The notes below the pieces were generated by a model, which saw only the letters and a program-made list of their open reading frames with translations, ran no database searches and was not told the origin of the DNA. A program made the position numbers and the translations under genes. Below, piece by piece: positions 39,888 to 50,067 of a stretch of 64,000 nucleotides of DNA (positions are counted from its first letter, which is position 1; each line of letters starts with the position of its first letter). The DNA lies in the NCBI GenBank assembly GCA_046045415.1, contig JBJOLT010000015.1:5988-69987 (forward strand). The letters are read 5' to 3'. This DNA is from Chloroflexota bacterium. GTDB taxonomy: Bacteria; Chloroflexota; Limnocylindria; Limnocylindrales; CSP1-4.

Positions 39888-40946
39888 TCAGGTGCCGGCG
39901 AGGTTCGAGGCCGCCTGCGCGACGACGATGAGGGCGCCGTTGAACGCGGCGTGGAGGCCGATCGCGGCGTAGAGCGACCGGCGGCGGAGGAAGATCCAGC
40001 CGAGGGCGATCGCGACGGGGAGCCGTCCCGCGAAGCCGACGGCGGCGATCCCGACCGCCTCGCCGAACGTCGGGGCGCTGACGGCGATCACGTGGACGAG
40101 CGCGAAGAAGAGTGCCCCCCGGACGAGGGCCGCCCGCTCGCCGATCGCCCGCGCCCAGGCGGTCGTCGCGAAGCCGCGGAAGAAGATCTCCTCGCCGATC
40201 GGCGCGACGATCGCCGCCGTCACGAGGTTCAGCGCGAGGCCGGCCGCGTCGGTCGCCTCGGGGAGCGCGGGCTCCGGGGTCGATCCGACGACGCGGATGA
40301 GGAGGTCGAGGAGGAGTCCGGTGACGAGGACGACCGGCGCCGCGAGGAGCGCACCGGCGAGGAGCTCGCGGAGCGCCCGTCCGGGCGGCACGGCGAGGCC
40401 GATCTCCGACCACGAGAGCGCGCCGGACCCCACGACGAGGAGGCGGACGAGGACGAGGTAGACGACGCCGGTCGCGAGGACGGAGGCGAGCGCCGTCGTC
40501 GGCGAACGCGCCGGGACGCCGGCCGCACCGAGGAGCGCCACGAGGAGGGCGACGAGGAGGAGGGTGAGCGGGATCGTCGCCGCGAAGACGAGGAAGGGCG
40601 ACGGGCCGCGATACGGCGCCGCGCCGCCGTCGCTCCCGTGATCGTCGTCGCCCACCGCATCCGGCGACCCGCGGCGCCGTTCGAGCGCCTGGGAGCCGGC
40701 GCCGCCGAAGAGGCCGAGGCCGAGGAAGAGGAGGCCTGCGAGCAGCAGGCCGCTCGCCGCCGCCCGCCCGCCGGCGAGGAGCGAGACGAGGATCAGGCCG
40801 CCGCCGACGATCGTGAGGAGCCAGGCGACGAGGTAGAGGCCGGGCGCAGCACGGCGGTCGAGGCCGAACGTCGCGCTCCCCGGCGGCCCTGCCCGCGTCG
40901 GCTCGGGCGCGGCTCCGGGCGGCTCCTCGCGGGTCGGGTCGGTCAC
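39888..40946 (-). CDS. CPBP-family intramembrane metalloprotease (CAAX protease / Abi).
   Basis: EEIFFRGF (the EExxxR motif), FALVHV (FxxxH) and HAAFNG (HxxxN) are present. Its GTG start overlaps the upstream stop (GTGA), and the upstream 81 codons of the ORF are Arg-rich artefact. Confidence 0.7.
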   Translation of the reverse strand: MTDPTREEPPGAAPEPTRAGPPGSATFGLDRRAAPGLYLVAWLLTIVGGGLILVSLLAGGRAAASGLLLAGLLFLGLGLFGGAGSQALERRRGSPDAVGDDDHGSDGGAAPYRGPSPFLVFAATIPLTLLLVALLVALLGAAGVPARSPTTALASVLATGVVYLVLVRLLVVGSGALSWSEIGLAVPPGRALRELLAGALLAAPVVLVTGLLLDLLIRVVGSTPEPALPEATDAAGLALNLVTAAIVAPIGEEIFFRGFATTAWARAIGERAALVRGALFFALVHVIAVSAPTFGEAVGIAAVGFAGRLPVAIALGWIFLRRRSLYAAIGLHAAFNGALIVVAQAASNLAGT

Positions 40947-41561
40947 CGCTCCGGCAGCGACCCGGTGGCTGCGCTCGCGCTCGGCTGCTTCGACGGCGCG
41001 GTCGCGGACGACGGAGCGCGACCGGCGGCGGCCGGGCCGCCCGCGGTCGCCTCCGACCCGGCCGGTGCCGACTCGCTCGCCCGCTCCCCGAGGTCGCGGC
41101 CGCACCAGGCGCAGAGGAGCCAGTCGGTCGCGACGAGGCGGCTGCACCCCGGGCACGGCCGGCTCAGCCGCACCCGGCAAGAGGGACACGCGATCCAGTC
41201 GTCGCGGACGCGCCGGCGGCAGCGCGGGCAGGACCCCGACGCGTCCACCTCGGCGAGGAGCGCCTCCTGCGCGAGCGTCCGCTCGTAGACGTCGTCCGTC
41301 CGCTCCTGGGGCCGGATCAGCCGGTAGAGGAGGACGGCGGCCGGGAAGAGGATGGGCGTGAAGACGACGATGACGGCCGCGGCGACGTACGGGAGGACGG
41401 CGTTGTCGGTCCGGAGCTGGAGGTCGCGGAAGGCCCAGTACGCGGACGCGAGCCAGAGGACGACCCAGTAGATCGCGAAGGCGCGGATCCCGAGCTGGAC
41501 GATCGGGCTCCCGAGGAAGCCGCCGATCGCGCCGGTGATCCCGTCGATGATGTCGGCCATC
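40943..41561 (-). CDS. Membrane protein with a C-terminal double zinc ribbon (CPRCRR...CPSCR...CPGCS...CAWCGR).
   Basis: Starts MADIIDGITG, with two TM helices followed by four CxxC pairs. Confidence 0.6.
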
Positions 41562-41618
41562 GGGTCGTGGGGGCCTCCGTCGCTGCCCCGGCGCGGCGCC
41601 GCGGGGCGGAGCGCGAGT

Positions 41619-42518
41619 CTAGCAGGCGTCCGGCCCGGCTCGGCCGAGGAGCGAGGAGGTCGCGACGACCGCGAGGAGGGCGAGCGAGCCGCCCCACGCC
41701 CCGACGAAGAGAAGGGCGAGCGGGAGGGCGGCGGGACTCCCGATCGCGAGGGCGTCGCCGGCCGCCTCCCAGGCGAACCGCGCGAGCGCGAGCGACGGGA
41801 CGACGAGGAGGGCGGTGCGGGCGGCGTCGCGGAGTCCGCCGCGGACGAGCTCCCCGGGCCGTCGGATCGCCGCGGCGAGGGCGGCCGCGACCGCGCTCCC
41901 GGACCCCGTGCCGTCGACCGCGACCCGCCGGGCGGCGACGCCCCCGAGCCGGCTCGCGAGGAGCCACGCCGCTCCCACGAGGAGGAGGACGTCGGCGGCA
42001 CCCGCCGCGACCCTGAGCGGGAGGGCGACGGCGGGGTCCGATGGGCCGGTCAGCTCCCCGTACGCCACCGCGACGAGCCGGGGCACCGACCATGCGAGGG
42101 CGACGCCGAGCGGGATCGCGAGGAAGGCGCGGACGGCGAGGATCCGGAGCGGGTCGCCGCGCCGGGGAGTGGCGACGGGCACGACCCTCCCGTCGGCTCC
42201 GGCCGCGGTACGGAGGAGGGCGGCCTCGACGACCGCCGCGACGAGTCCCGCGCCGGCGAGCCAGCCGGCGACCCCGAGGACGGCGGACGCGATCGCGCCG
42301 AGCAGGGCGGGCGAGGGGCCGGACGGCGTGATCGCCGTCGGGCCGACGAAGGTGGCGACCCCGACGGACGACGGGAGGACGACGACCGGGAGGAGCGCGA
42401 CCGCGAGCCAGCCGTGGAGGAGCGCGACCGCGAGCGCGGCGGGCCAGAGGTCGCGTCGCGCGAGTGCCGCCCGGAGGCCGAGCGGCCCGCCGCTCATCCG
42501 GGCCGGGCCGTCCCGCAT
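41619..42518 (-). CDS. Polytopic membrane protein, hypothetical (299 aa).
   Basis: Hydrophobic, Ala/Leu-rich with multiple predicted TM segments. It sits in the same operon-like array. Confidence 0.5.
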   Translation of the reverse strand: MRDGPARMSGGPLGLRAALARRDLWPAALAVALLHGWLAVALLPVVVLPSSVGVATFVGPTAITPSGPSPALLGAIASAVLGVAGWLAGAGLVAAVVEAALLRTAAGADGRVVPVATPRRGDPLRILAVRAFLAIPLGVALAWSVPRLVAVAYGELTGPSDPAVALPLRVAAGAADVLLLVGAAWLLASRLGGVAARRVAVDGTGSGSAVAAALAAAIRRPGELVRGGLRDAARTALLVVPSLALARFAWEAAGDALAIGSPAALPLALLFVGAWGGSLALLAVVATSSLLGRAGPDAC

Positions 42519-42525
42519 CCGGACG

Positions 42526-45500
42526 TCACGGGGCGGGGCTGGCGCCGCCGGTCAGCTCGGCGAGCTGGCTGAGCGCCTCCTCGACGAGCGCGATCTCGCT
42601 CCCGTACGTGGCGAAGTCGCCGCGGCGGAGCGCCGCCTGCGCGAGCTCGAAGTGAAGGTTCGCGTACTCGATGAGCGCCGCGACGTCGCCGGTCGGCGGG
42701 GTCGGCGCGGGGCTCCCGCCCGGCGCCGGCGTCGGGGTCGGCGTCGCACCGCCCGAGCCGCCCGAGCCGCCCGAACCCCCGGAGCCGCCGGTCCCGTTCG
42801 AGGCGAGCTGCGCCTCGAGGGCCTCCTCGAGCGTGTCGCCCCAGACGACGGTCGTCGAGGTCGCGATGATCACCTTCTGGAGCTCGGGGAAGGCGGAACT
42901 CGTCGACTGCAGGTAGATCGGCTGGAGGTAGATGAGCGAGTCCTGGATCGGCATGACGATCAGGTTCCCGCGGATCACCCGGCTCCCGGCCTGGCTCCAG
43001 AGGCTGATCTGCGCGCTGATCGTCGGATCGGCGTCGATCCGCGCCTCGATCTGGTTCGGGCCGAGGACCGACGTGTTCTCCGGGAACTTGTGGACCCGGA
43101 CCTCGCCGTACGCCTCGCCGTCGTTCCGGGCCGCGATCCACGCGATCATGTTCGGCCGCCGCTGCGGGACCATCGGCTGGAGGAGGAGGAACTCGGTCGC
43201 GGTCTCCCCGGGCATCCGCATCTGGACGTAGTACGCCTCGGCGGGGAGCGTCTGGTCGCTCCCCGAGTCGACCGGGACGGTCCAGAGGTCCTCGCGGTTG
43301 TAGAAGGCGGCCGGGTCGCTCACGTGGTAGGTGGCGTAGAGGCGCGTCTGGACGTTGAAGAGCTCCTCCGGGTAGCGGACGTGCGAGCGGAGATCCTCGG
43401 GGAGCTCGTCGAGCGGCCGGAAGAGCGTCGGGAAGACGCCGCCGTAGGCCCGGACGAGCGGGTCGTCGGTGTCCGCGACGTAGAAGCTCATCGTCCCGTC
43501 GTACGCGTCCATGACGACCTTCACGGAGTTCCGGATGTAGTTGAACGGAAGGTCGCCGAGCCCGGTCCCGGGGAGTTCGAGCGGATCGAAGCGCTGGGCG
43601 TTCGGGAAGCGGTCGCTCACGGAGTAGGCGTCCTGGATCCAGACGAGCCGGCCGTCCTCGCGGATGACGAGGTACGGATCCTTGTCGTACCGGAGGAAGG
43701 GGGCGACGAGCCGGAGCCGCTCCTCGAGCGATCGGTGGAAGAGGATCTGGCTCTCCGAGGTGACCTGGTCGCTGATGAAGAGGTTCAGGTCGCGGAAGCG
43801 CGCGGCGAAGAGGAGCCGCGTCAGCGTGTTGTCGATGCGGACGCCGGTCGTGCCGGTCCAGCGGGTCTGCTGCCCGAGCCCGGCCGAGCCGCCCTCCGCG
43901 TCGCTCCCGACCGGGTAGTCGAACTCGCTCTGGCGGGCGCCGACGAGGACCCAGTCGCTCGGGCGCTCGCCGAAGTAGATCCGGAACTGGTCGATCGACG
44001 GCGCGCCGTCGACGGAGACGGGCGGGAGATCCTTGACGTAGAGGTTCGGCTGGCCGCTCTGCGTCGCCTCGTTCACCGGGACGAGGACCGCCCCGACGCC
44101 GTGCGTGAAGGTGATCTTCTGGTTGACCCACGAGTTCGCCTGCGGGTTCTTCTCGGGGGCGAGCTCGCGCGCCGAGAGCATCACCTGGCGCTGCTCGCCG
44201 TCGATCAGATAGCGGTCCGTGTCGACGTCGACGAACTCGTAGTACTGGCGGACCGTCTGGACCTGGTCGATGACGTCGCGGAGCGGCCGGTAGTCCCAGA
44301 CGCGGGCGCTCCGGAAGGTCTCGTCCTCGGCGGCGACGCTCGCCGCGGTGAGGGGCGCCTCGCCGCCGTAGTCGACCTGGCGCCAGTCGTCGAGGTCGTA
44401 GGCGAGCCGCGTCATCTCGATGTTGTTCCGGATGTACGGCTGCTCCTGGGCGAACTGGTTCGGGACGACGGTGAAGCGCTGGATGAACTCCGGGTAGAGC
44501 GTCCCGAGGACGACGGATGCGCCGAGCCAGATCGCGACCGTCATCGCGAGCGGCCAGACCATGTTCGTGAAGGCGCCGCCGACGAGGAACGCGGCGGCGA
44601 GCGCTGCGATCGCCGTGAGGACGTCGAGGCCGAGGAAGCGGGCGTTCGCGTCCGTGTAGCTGACGCCGGTGGCGACGCCCTGGGCGCCGTAGACGAGCTC
44701 GTACTTGTCGAGCTGGTACCCGGCGGCGACCGAGAGGAGGTAGAGGCCGGCGAGGACGCCGATGTGGACCCGGATCGGCGTCGTGGGGCGGAGGTCACCG
44801 CGGAGCCCCGCGAGGAGGTACCGGGCGCCGGCGACGATGAGCGCGCCGACGACGAGCCCGTTGAGGACCGACTGGACGAGCCGGAGGAACGGGAGGTCGA
44901 AGAGGAAGAACGAGATGTCCTGCCCGAAGACCGGGTCCGGGGCGGCCGCACCGGCGGCGTCGAACGGGACGCGGTTGAGGTAGAGCTGGATCGTCTCCCA
45001 CGACCCGGCGGCCGCGGCGCCGATCCCGAGCGCGAGGAGGAGCGAGAGGCCGACGATGAGCGGGATCCCGACCGGCCCGAGATCGGGCATCGAGGCGCCC
45101 GGCGTCACGTCGCGGGCCCCGCCCGACCGGGCCCGGTAGCGGTCGTCGCCCTGACCGGAGACGGTCCAGCCGCGCTCCCCGGCGGCGGCCGCCTCGTTCA
45201 TCCGGTCGATGAGGCGGGCGAGGGTCCCGCGGCCGTCCGGATCCGGCGGCGGGCCGAGCCGACCGGCGACCCAGAGGTTCCCGAGCAGGAAGAGGAGCGC
45301 GACGGCGAGGGCGGCGGCGAAGAGGATCAGCTGCGTCCCGACGCGGGTCCAGAAGACGTCGTCGTAGCCGACGCTCGTGAACCAGATCGCGTCGGTCCAG
45401 AGGTCGAGGACGAAGCCGCCGAGGAGGAAGACGAGGAAGGCGACCCCGGCGACGACGGTGAGGGAGACCTGGCGGACGGCGCCGATCCCGGCGCCGTCGT

Positions 45501-45717
45501 TCGGTCCGCCGGCGCCCCGGCGCGGCGGGCGCGGCCCGGACCCGCCGGGTCCGTCGGCGCGGGGCCGCCGGATCGGCTCCGGCTCGTCGTCCGCGTCCCG
45601 GTCGCCGGGGTCGCGCGGACCGCTCTCGCCGGGCGGCCGCTCGCCGCGGGCCATCGCGGCCTCGGCTTCCTGGCGGCGCCGCAGCTCTTCCATGAACTCG
45701 CCGAAGAGGTCCTTCAT
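42526..45717 (-). CDS. UPF0182-family large membrane protein (1063 aa). It has a C-terminal Gly-Ser linker (GGSGGSGGSGG).
   Basis: N-terminal multi-TM region plus a large extracytoplasmic domain. The length and organisation match UPF0182 proteins of Actinobacteria. Confidence 0.7.
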   Translation of the reverse strand: MKDLFGEFMEELRRRQEAEAAMARGERPPGESGPRDPGDRDADDEPEPIRRPRADGPGGSGPRPPRRGAGGPNDGAGIGAVRQVSLTVVAGVAFLVFLLGGFVLDLWTDAIWFTSVGYDDVFWTRVGTQLILFAAALAVALLFLLGNLWVAGRLGPPPDPDGRGTLARLIDRMNEAAAAGERGWTVSGQGDDRYRARSGGARDVTPGASMPDLGPVGIPLIVGLSLLLALGIGAAAAGSWETIQLYLNRVPFDAAGAAAPDPVFGQDISFFLFDLPFLRLVQSVLNGLVVGALIVAGARYLLAGLRGDLRPTTPIRVHIGVLAGLYLLSVAAGYQLDKYELVYGAQGVATGVSYTDANARFLGLDVLTAIAALAAAFLVGGAFTNMVWPLAMTVAIWLGASVVLGTLYPEFIQRFTVVPNQFAQEQPYIRNNIEMTRLAYDLDDWRQVDYGGEAPLTAASVAAEDETFRSARVWDYRPLRDVIDQVQTVRQYYEFVDVDTDRYLIDGEQRQVMLSARELAPEKNPQANSWVNQKITFTHGVGAVLVPVNEATQSGQPNLYVKDLPPVSVDGAPSIDQFRIYFGERPSDWVLVGARQSEFDYPVGSDAEGGSAGLGQQTRWTGTTGVRIDNTLTRLLFAARFRDLNLFISDQVTSESQILFHRSLEERLRLVAPFLRYDKDPYLVIREDGRLVWIQDAYSVSDRFPNAQRFDPLELPGTGLGDLPFNYIRNSVKVVMDAYDGTMSFYVADTDDPLVRAYGGVFPTLFRPLDELPEDLRSHVRYPEELFNVQTRLYATYHVSDPAAFYNREDLWTVPVDSGSDQTLPAEAYYVQMRMPGETATEFLLLQPMVPQRRPNMIAWIAARNDGEAYGEVRVHKFPENTSVLGPNQIEARIDADPTISAQISLWSQAGSRVIRGNLIVMPIQDSLIYLQPIYLQSTSSAFPELQKVIIATSTTVVWGDTLEEALEAQLASNGTGGSGGSGGSGGSGGATPTPTPAPGGSPAPTPPTGDVAALIEYANLHFELAQAALRRGDFATYGSEIALVEEALSQLAELTGGASPAP

Positions 45718-45799
45718 CGTCTCGCGATCTCTCGTGGGCGGTGGGACTCAGGGGTCGAGGGGGTCGGGCGTCTGGGAGGAAGCGTACGACGAATCCCGT

Positions 45800-46255
45800 T
45801 CAGGGGCTGCCGAGCCGCTCCGCCGCACGCCGGAACCCGTCGAGCGCGGTCGCCGCGAGCTCCGACGGCTCCATCGTCGCGGCCCGCATCGGCTCCCAGC
45901 GGAAGCCCGCGACGACGATCGCGGGCGCGGTCCACGGGCGCCCCTCGTCCTCCGGGGCGACGCCGAGCCGGAGGCGGATCATCTGCCGTCCGCCCTCCTC
46001 GAGGATCATCCCGGAGAGGGCGCCCGCGAGCGCCGGGCCGAGCCGGGCGAGCGGCGGGTCGGCGGGCGGGCCGGAGCGCGGCGCGAGGGCGCGGAGCGGG
46101 ACGATCCCCGCGTCGTCGGCGACCCAGAGGAGCGCGAGCCACCAGCCCTCGAGGTCGCGGACCTCCGAGACCCCGGCGCGGAGCGTCCCGCCGGGGGCGC
46201 GGACCTCGACCTCGGGGGCGACCGAGCTCCCGGGGACCGCGAGCCGGTCGCTCAT
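45800..46255 (-). CDS. Hypothetical protein (152 aa).
   Basis: The start is set at MSDRLAVPG. Composition is non-junk; the upstream part of the ORF is Arg/Pro artefact. Confidence 0.4.
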   Translation of the reverse strand: MSDRLAVPGSSVAPEVEVRAPGGTLRAGVSEVRDLEGWWLALLWVADDAGIVPLRALAPRSGPPADPPLARLGPALAGALSGMILEEGGRQMIRLRLGVAPEDEGRPWTAPAIVVAGFRWEPMRAATMEPSELAATALDGFRRAAERLGSP

Positions 46256-46500
46256 CGGCGCCCGGACCGGTCCTCCTCGCCCTCGTCGGTCCCGATCAGG
46301 AGGCGGAGGAGGAGGCCGCGGCGCGGCCGGGGACGCTCGGGGAGGGCGACGGTCGTGACGCCGGGGATCGGCGGGAGCTCGTCCTCTGCGGCGCCCGGCT
46401 TCGGGAGCGTCGCGCCGCACGACGGACAGACGGCGGCCGACTTCGCCCGCGACGCCTTCGGGAGCGGCTCCGAGCACCAGGGGCAGGCGGTCACTCCCAT
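46252..46500 (-). CDS. Small zinc-ribbon protein (82 aa, CPWC...CPSC).
   Basis: Reads [34 protein letters not shown]. It overlaps the guaA stop by 10 nt. Confidence 0.35.
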   Translation of the reverse strand: MGVTACPWCSEPLPKASRAKSAAVCPSCGATLPKPGAAEDELPPIPGVTTVALPERPRPRRGLLLRLLIGTDEGEEDRSGRR

Positions 46501-48236
46501 TCGATCGTCGCCGGCGGCTTCGAGCTGATGTCGTAGACGACGCGGTTCACGCCGGGCACCTCGTTCACGATCCGGGCGGAGATCCGCCCGAGGACGTCGT
46601 ACGGGAGCTTCGCCCAGTCGGCGGTCATCCCGTCCTCGGAGGTGACGGCGCGGATCGCGACGACGTTCGCGTAGGTGCGGCCGTCGCCCATGACGCCGAC
46701 GGAGCGGACCGGGGTGAGGATCGCGAACGACTGCCAGACGCTCCGGTAGAGGCCGGCCGCCTTGATCTCGTCGATCACGATCCAATCCGCCTCGCGGAGC
46801 GTGTCGAGCCGCTCGGCGGTCACCTCGCCGATGATCCGGATCGCGAGGCCGGGGCCGGGGAAGGGCTGGCGCTGGACCATCGCCTCCGGGAGCCCGAGCT
46901 CCAGCCCGACGACCCGGACCTCGTCCTTGAAGAGGTACCGGAGCGGCTCGATCAGCTGGAACCGGAGGTCCGCCGGGAGGCCGCCGACGTTGTGGTGCGT
47001 CTTGATCTTCTGGGCGGTCTTCGTGTCCGAGGTGGCCGACTCGATCACGTCTGGGTAGAGGGTCCCCTGGGTGAGGAAGTCGATCCGCCCGAGCTTCGTC
47101 GCCTCCTCCTCGAAGACGCGGATGAACTCGTCGCCGATGATCCGGCGCTTCTGCTCCGGGTCGATGACCCCCGCGAGCCGGGCGAGGAAGCGCTCCCGCG
47201 CGTCGACCATCACGAGCCGCATCCCGAGGTTCGCCTCGAAGGTCGCGCGGAGGAGCTCCGACTCCTTCTTCCGCATCAGCCCGTGGTCGACGTAGATGCA
47301 CGTGAGCCGGTCGCCGACCGCGCGATGGACGAGCGCCGCCGCGACCGCCGAGTCCACCCCGCCGGAGAGCGCGCAGATCACCTTCCCGTCGGAGCCGGTG
47401 GACGCGGCGTGCCCGTCGACCCGGTCGCGGATCTCCGCGACGGTCGTCTCGATGAAGTTCGCCGGGGTCCACGCGGGGGCGATCCGGGCGATCCCGGTCA
47501 CGAAGTTGCGGAGGAGGTCCTTGCCGCGCGGCGTGTGGACGACCTCGGGGTGGAACTGGATCCCGTAGAGGCGCCGGTCCGGGGCGGCGAGCCCCGCGTA
47601 CGGCGTCGAGTCGGTCTGGGCGGTCGCGACGAAGCCCTCGGGGAGCCGGGTGATCGAGTCGCCGTGGCTCATCCAGACCGGCTGATCCCGCTCGAGCCCG
47701 GCGAAGAGCGCGTCCGACTCGCTCGTCACGTGGACCGACGCCGGCCCGTACTCGCGCTTCGCGGAGGCGGCGACCTCGCCGCCGAGCTCGCGCGCCATCA
47801 GCTGCGCGCCGTAGCAGATCCCGAGGACCGGGAGCCGGCCGCCCCAGATCGAGGCGTGCGGCCGCGGCGCCCCGGCGTCGTAGACGGAGTTCGGGCCGCC
47901 GGAGAGGATCACCGCGCGGACGCCGCGTCGCTCGAGCTCGTCGACCGGCGTGTCGTGCGGGAGGAGCTCGGAGTAGACGTTCAGCTCGCGGACCCGGCGG
48001 GCGATCAGCTGCGCGAACTGGCTCCCGAAGTCGAGGACGGCGACGACGCCCGGCTCCGGGACGATCGCGGCCGTCGGCGGCGGGTCCGACGGCGCCCGCG
48101 ACGGCGCGGGCGCATCGAGCGCGACCTCGAGATAGGCCTCGACCTCCGCGTCGTCGGGCGCGAGGACCCGGTGCCCGGCGTTCGCCGCGTCGCCGTGGAC
48201 GGTCTTCCCGCGCTCGGTCCTCCCGCGCTCGGTCAC
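46491..48236 (-). CDS. guaA: GMP synthase (glutamine-hydrolysing).
   Basis: GATase-1 domain (GICYGAQLM), PP-loop SGGVDS and a C-terminal dimerisation domain; 581 aa. Confidence 0.9.
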   Translation of the reverse strand: MTERGRTERGKTVHGDAANAGHRVLAPDDAEVEAYLEVALDAPAPSRAPSDPPPTAAIVPEPGVVAVLDFGSQFAQLIARRVRELNVYSELLPHDTPVDELERRGVRAVILSGGPNSVYDAGAPRPHASIWGGRLPVLGICYGAQLMARELGGEVAASAKREYGPASVHVTSESDALFAGLERDQPVWMSHGDSITRLPEGFVATAQTDSTPYAGLAAPDRRLYGIQFHPEVVHTPRGKDLLRNFVTGIARIAPAWTPANFIETTVAEIRDRVDGHAASTGSDGKVICALSGGVDSAVAAALVHRAVGDRLTCIYVDHGLMRKKESELLRATFEANLGMRLVMVDARERFLARLAGVIDPEQKRRIIGDEFIRVFEEEATKLGRIDFLTQGTLYPDVIESATSDTKTAQKIKTHHNVGGLPADLRFQLIEPLRYLFKDEVRVVGLELGLPEAMVQRQPFPGPGLAIRIIGEVTAERLDTLREADWIVIDEIKAAGLYRSVWQSFAILTPVRSVGVMGDGRTYANVVAIRAVTSEDGMTADWAKLPYDVLGRISARIVNEVPGVNRVVYDISSKPPATIEWE

Positions 48237-48294
48237 GCTCGATCGATCCTCCGTCGGCCGCGTCCACCCCGTCCGCGACAGTCTATCGGTGGGC

Positions 48295-48717
48295 TCACGA
48301 CCGGTTCCGCATCGCCTCGGCGGCCATCGCGAGGTAGCCGTCGATCCGCTCGACGACGACCGGCGGCGTCCCGAGCTCGGCCGCCGTCACGGCGAGCGAG
48401 GCGCGCATCGCCTCGAGCCAGTGGTCGCGCTCCTCCGGCCCGATCGGGAACTCGAAGTGACGCGCTCGGAGGCGGGGGTGGCCGCGCTCGGCGGAGTAGG
48501 TCGTCGGGCCGCCCCAGTACTGGGCGAGGAAGAGGGTGAGGCGGCGTCGGGCGGGGCCGAGGTCATCCCGCTCGGGGTAGAGGCGAAGGAGGACCTCGTC
48601 GGTCGCCACCCGATCGTAGAAGCCGTCGACGAGCCGCTCGAAGAACGGCATCCCGCCGGCGGCCTCGAAGACGCTCGTCTCGTCGTCGGCTCCGGCGGCG
48701 GCCGGTTCGCTCGTCAC
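48295..48717 (-). CDS. Truncated haemoglobin, group II (GlbO-like).
   Basis: [35 protein letters not shown]...[21 protein letters not shown] aligns with the M. tuberculosis GlbO blocks. The GTG start (VTSEPAAAG) lies 10 nt downstream of the guaB3 stop. Confidence 0.8.
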   Translation of the reverse strand: MTSEPAAAGADDETSVFEAAGGMPFFERLVDGFYDRVATDEVLLRLYPERDDLGPARRRLTLFLAQYWGGPTTYSAERGHPRLRARHFEFPIGPEERDHWLEAMRASLAVTAAELGTPPVVVERIDGYLAMAAEAMRNRS

Positions 48718-48727
48718 GGGTCCCGGG

Positions 48728-49969
48728 TCAGCCGCCGCGCTGCCAGCTCTTCCCCTCGGTCTGCACCGACGGGGCATGGACGATCTCGACCGCCTGCATC
48801 TCGCGGAGCGTGCGGGCCCCGAGGGCGGCCATCGACTGGCGGAGCGCGCCGACGAGGTTCTCGGAGCCGTCGGTGACGCGCGCCGGGCCGAAGAGGATCC
48901 GCTCGAGGCTCCCGACCGTCCCGACCGAGATCCGCGTCCCGCGCGGGAGCGTCGGCGACGGGGCGGCCATCCCCCAGTTCGTCCCCCGGCCGGGCGCCTC
49001 CTCGGCGCGGGCGAGCGGCGAGCCGAGCATCACCGCATCCGCTCCGGCGGCGATCGCCTTCGCCAGCTCGCCGCCCCGGCGCATCCCGCCGTCGGCGACG
49101 ACCGGGACGTACCGGCCGGTCTCCTTCATGTACGCGTCGCGCGCGGCGGCGACGTCGGCGATCGCGGTGACCTGCGGGACGCCGATCCCGAGGACCTCGC
49201 GCGTCGTGCACGCGGCCCCGGGCCCGACGCCGACGAAGACCGCGGCGGCGCCCTGCTCCATGAGGGCGAACGCCGCTTCCGCGTTCGTCGTGTTCCCGAC
49301 CGCGACCGGGATCGGCATGAAGCGGGTGAAGTCGCCGAGCTCGAGCGGCTCGTAGCCGGTCGCGAGGTGGCGGGCGCTGCTCACCTGGCTCTGGACGAGG
49401 AAGAGGTCGGCGCCGTGCTCGGCGCAGAAGGGACCCCACCGTCGGGCCGCGGCGGGGGTGGCGGCCACCGCGACCTTCGAGCCGGCGTCGCGGATCGCGG
49501 CGAGGCGTCGGGCGACGAGCTCCTCCTGAAGAGGCTCGGCGTATGCCGCCGCGAGCAGCCCCTGGACCTCGTCCTTCGGCGCGGCCGCGATCCGGGCGAG
49601 GACGGCGTCGGGGTCGGGGAAGCGACCCTGGACGCCCTCGAGGTTGAGGACCGCGAGCCCGCCGAGGCGGGCGAGCTCGCCGGCGAGCCGCGCGTCGACG
49701 ACGGCGTCCATCGCGGCGGCGAGGACCGGGATCGCGAGCGGGATCCCGGCGAAGACCTGGGAGAGGTCGACGTCGCCGGGCTCGACCGTGCTCGTTCCGG
49801 GAGCGAGCGAGACGTCCTCGAAGCCGTAGGTCGGGCGGATCGCATCGACCTTCGAGCGGAAGACCCGCCGGGCCGCGGGATCGGTCGCCGAGACCGGGAC
49901 GCCTCTTCCGTGCTGCAACGCGGCCCTCCAGGGTTGCCGGCGCTGCCGGCGGGGGTGAGCGGGTTGCAC
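48728..49969 (-). CDS. guaB3: IMP dehydrogenase-family protein lacking CBS domains (GuaB3-like).
   Basis: IMPDH TIM-barrel blocks (VGVGPGAACTTR) and no CBS pair. The first 40 aa or so are doubtful. Confidence 0.75.
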   Translation of the reverse strand: MQPAHPRRQRRQPWRAALQHGRGVPVSATDPAARRVFRSKVDAIRPTYGFEDVSLAPGTSTVEPGDVDLSQVFAGIPLAIPVLAAAMDAVVDARLAGELARLGGLAVLNLEGVQGRFPDPDAVLARIAAAPKDEVQGLLAAAYAEPLQEELVARRLAAIRDAGSKVAVAATPAAARRWGPFCAEHGADLFLVQSQVSSARHLATGYEPLELGDFTRFMPIPVAVGNTTNAEAAFALMEQGAAAVFVGVGPGAACTTREVLGIGVPQVTAIADVAAARDAYMKETGRYVPVVADGGMRRGGELAKAIAAGADAVMLGSPLARAEEAPGRGTNWGMAAPSPTLPRGTRISVGTVGSLERILFGPARVTDGSENLVGALRQSMAALGARTLREMQAVEIVHAPSVQTEGKSWQRGG

Positions 49970-50067
49970 GCCAGTCTACAGCGGCGCCGCGGAGGCGGCC
50001 GGATCGACGACCCCGATCGACGTGCCGCACCGGCGTCCGGCCGCGCCGCGCAGCCGTGGCGCGTCCC

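Noticed and set aside
42715-42795. A repeated ccgcccgagccg/ccggagccg motif.
   Set aside because: It is coding, forming the GGSGGSGGSGG linker near the C-terminus of UPF0182, not a regulatory or mobile repeat.
48651-48777. An alternative trHb start at the ATG at 48777 (the 160-aa form).
   Set aside because: It would overlap the guaB3 3' end by 50 nt and add an Arg/Pro-rich leader. The GTG at 48717, 10 nt after the guaB3 stop, gives a GlbO-length protein instead.
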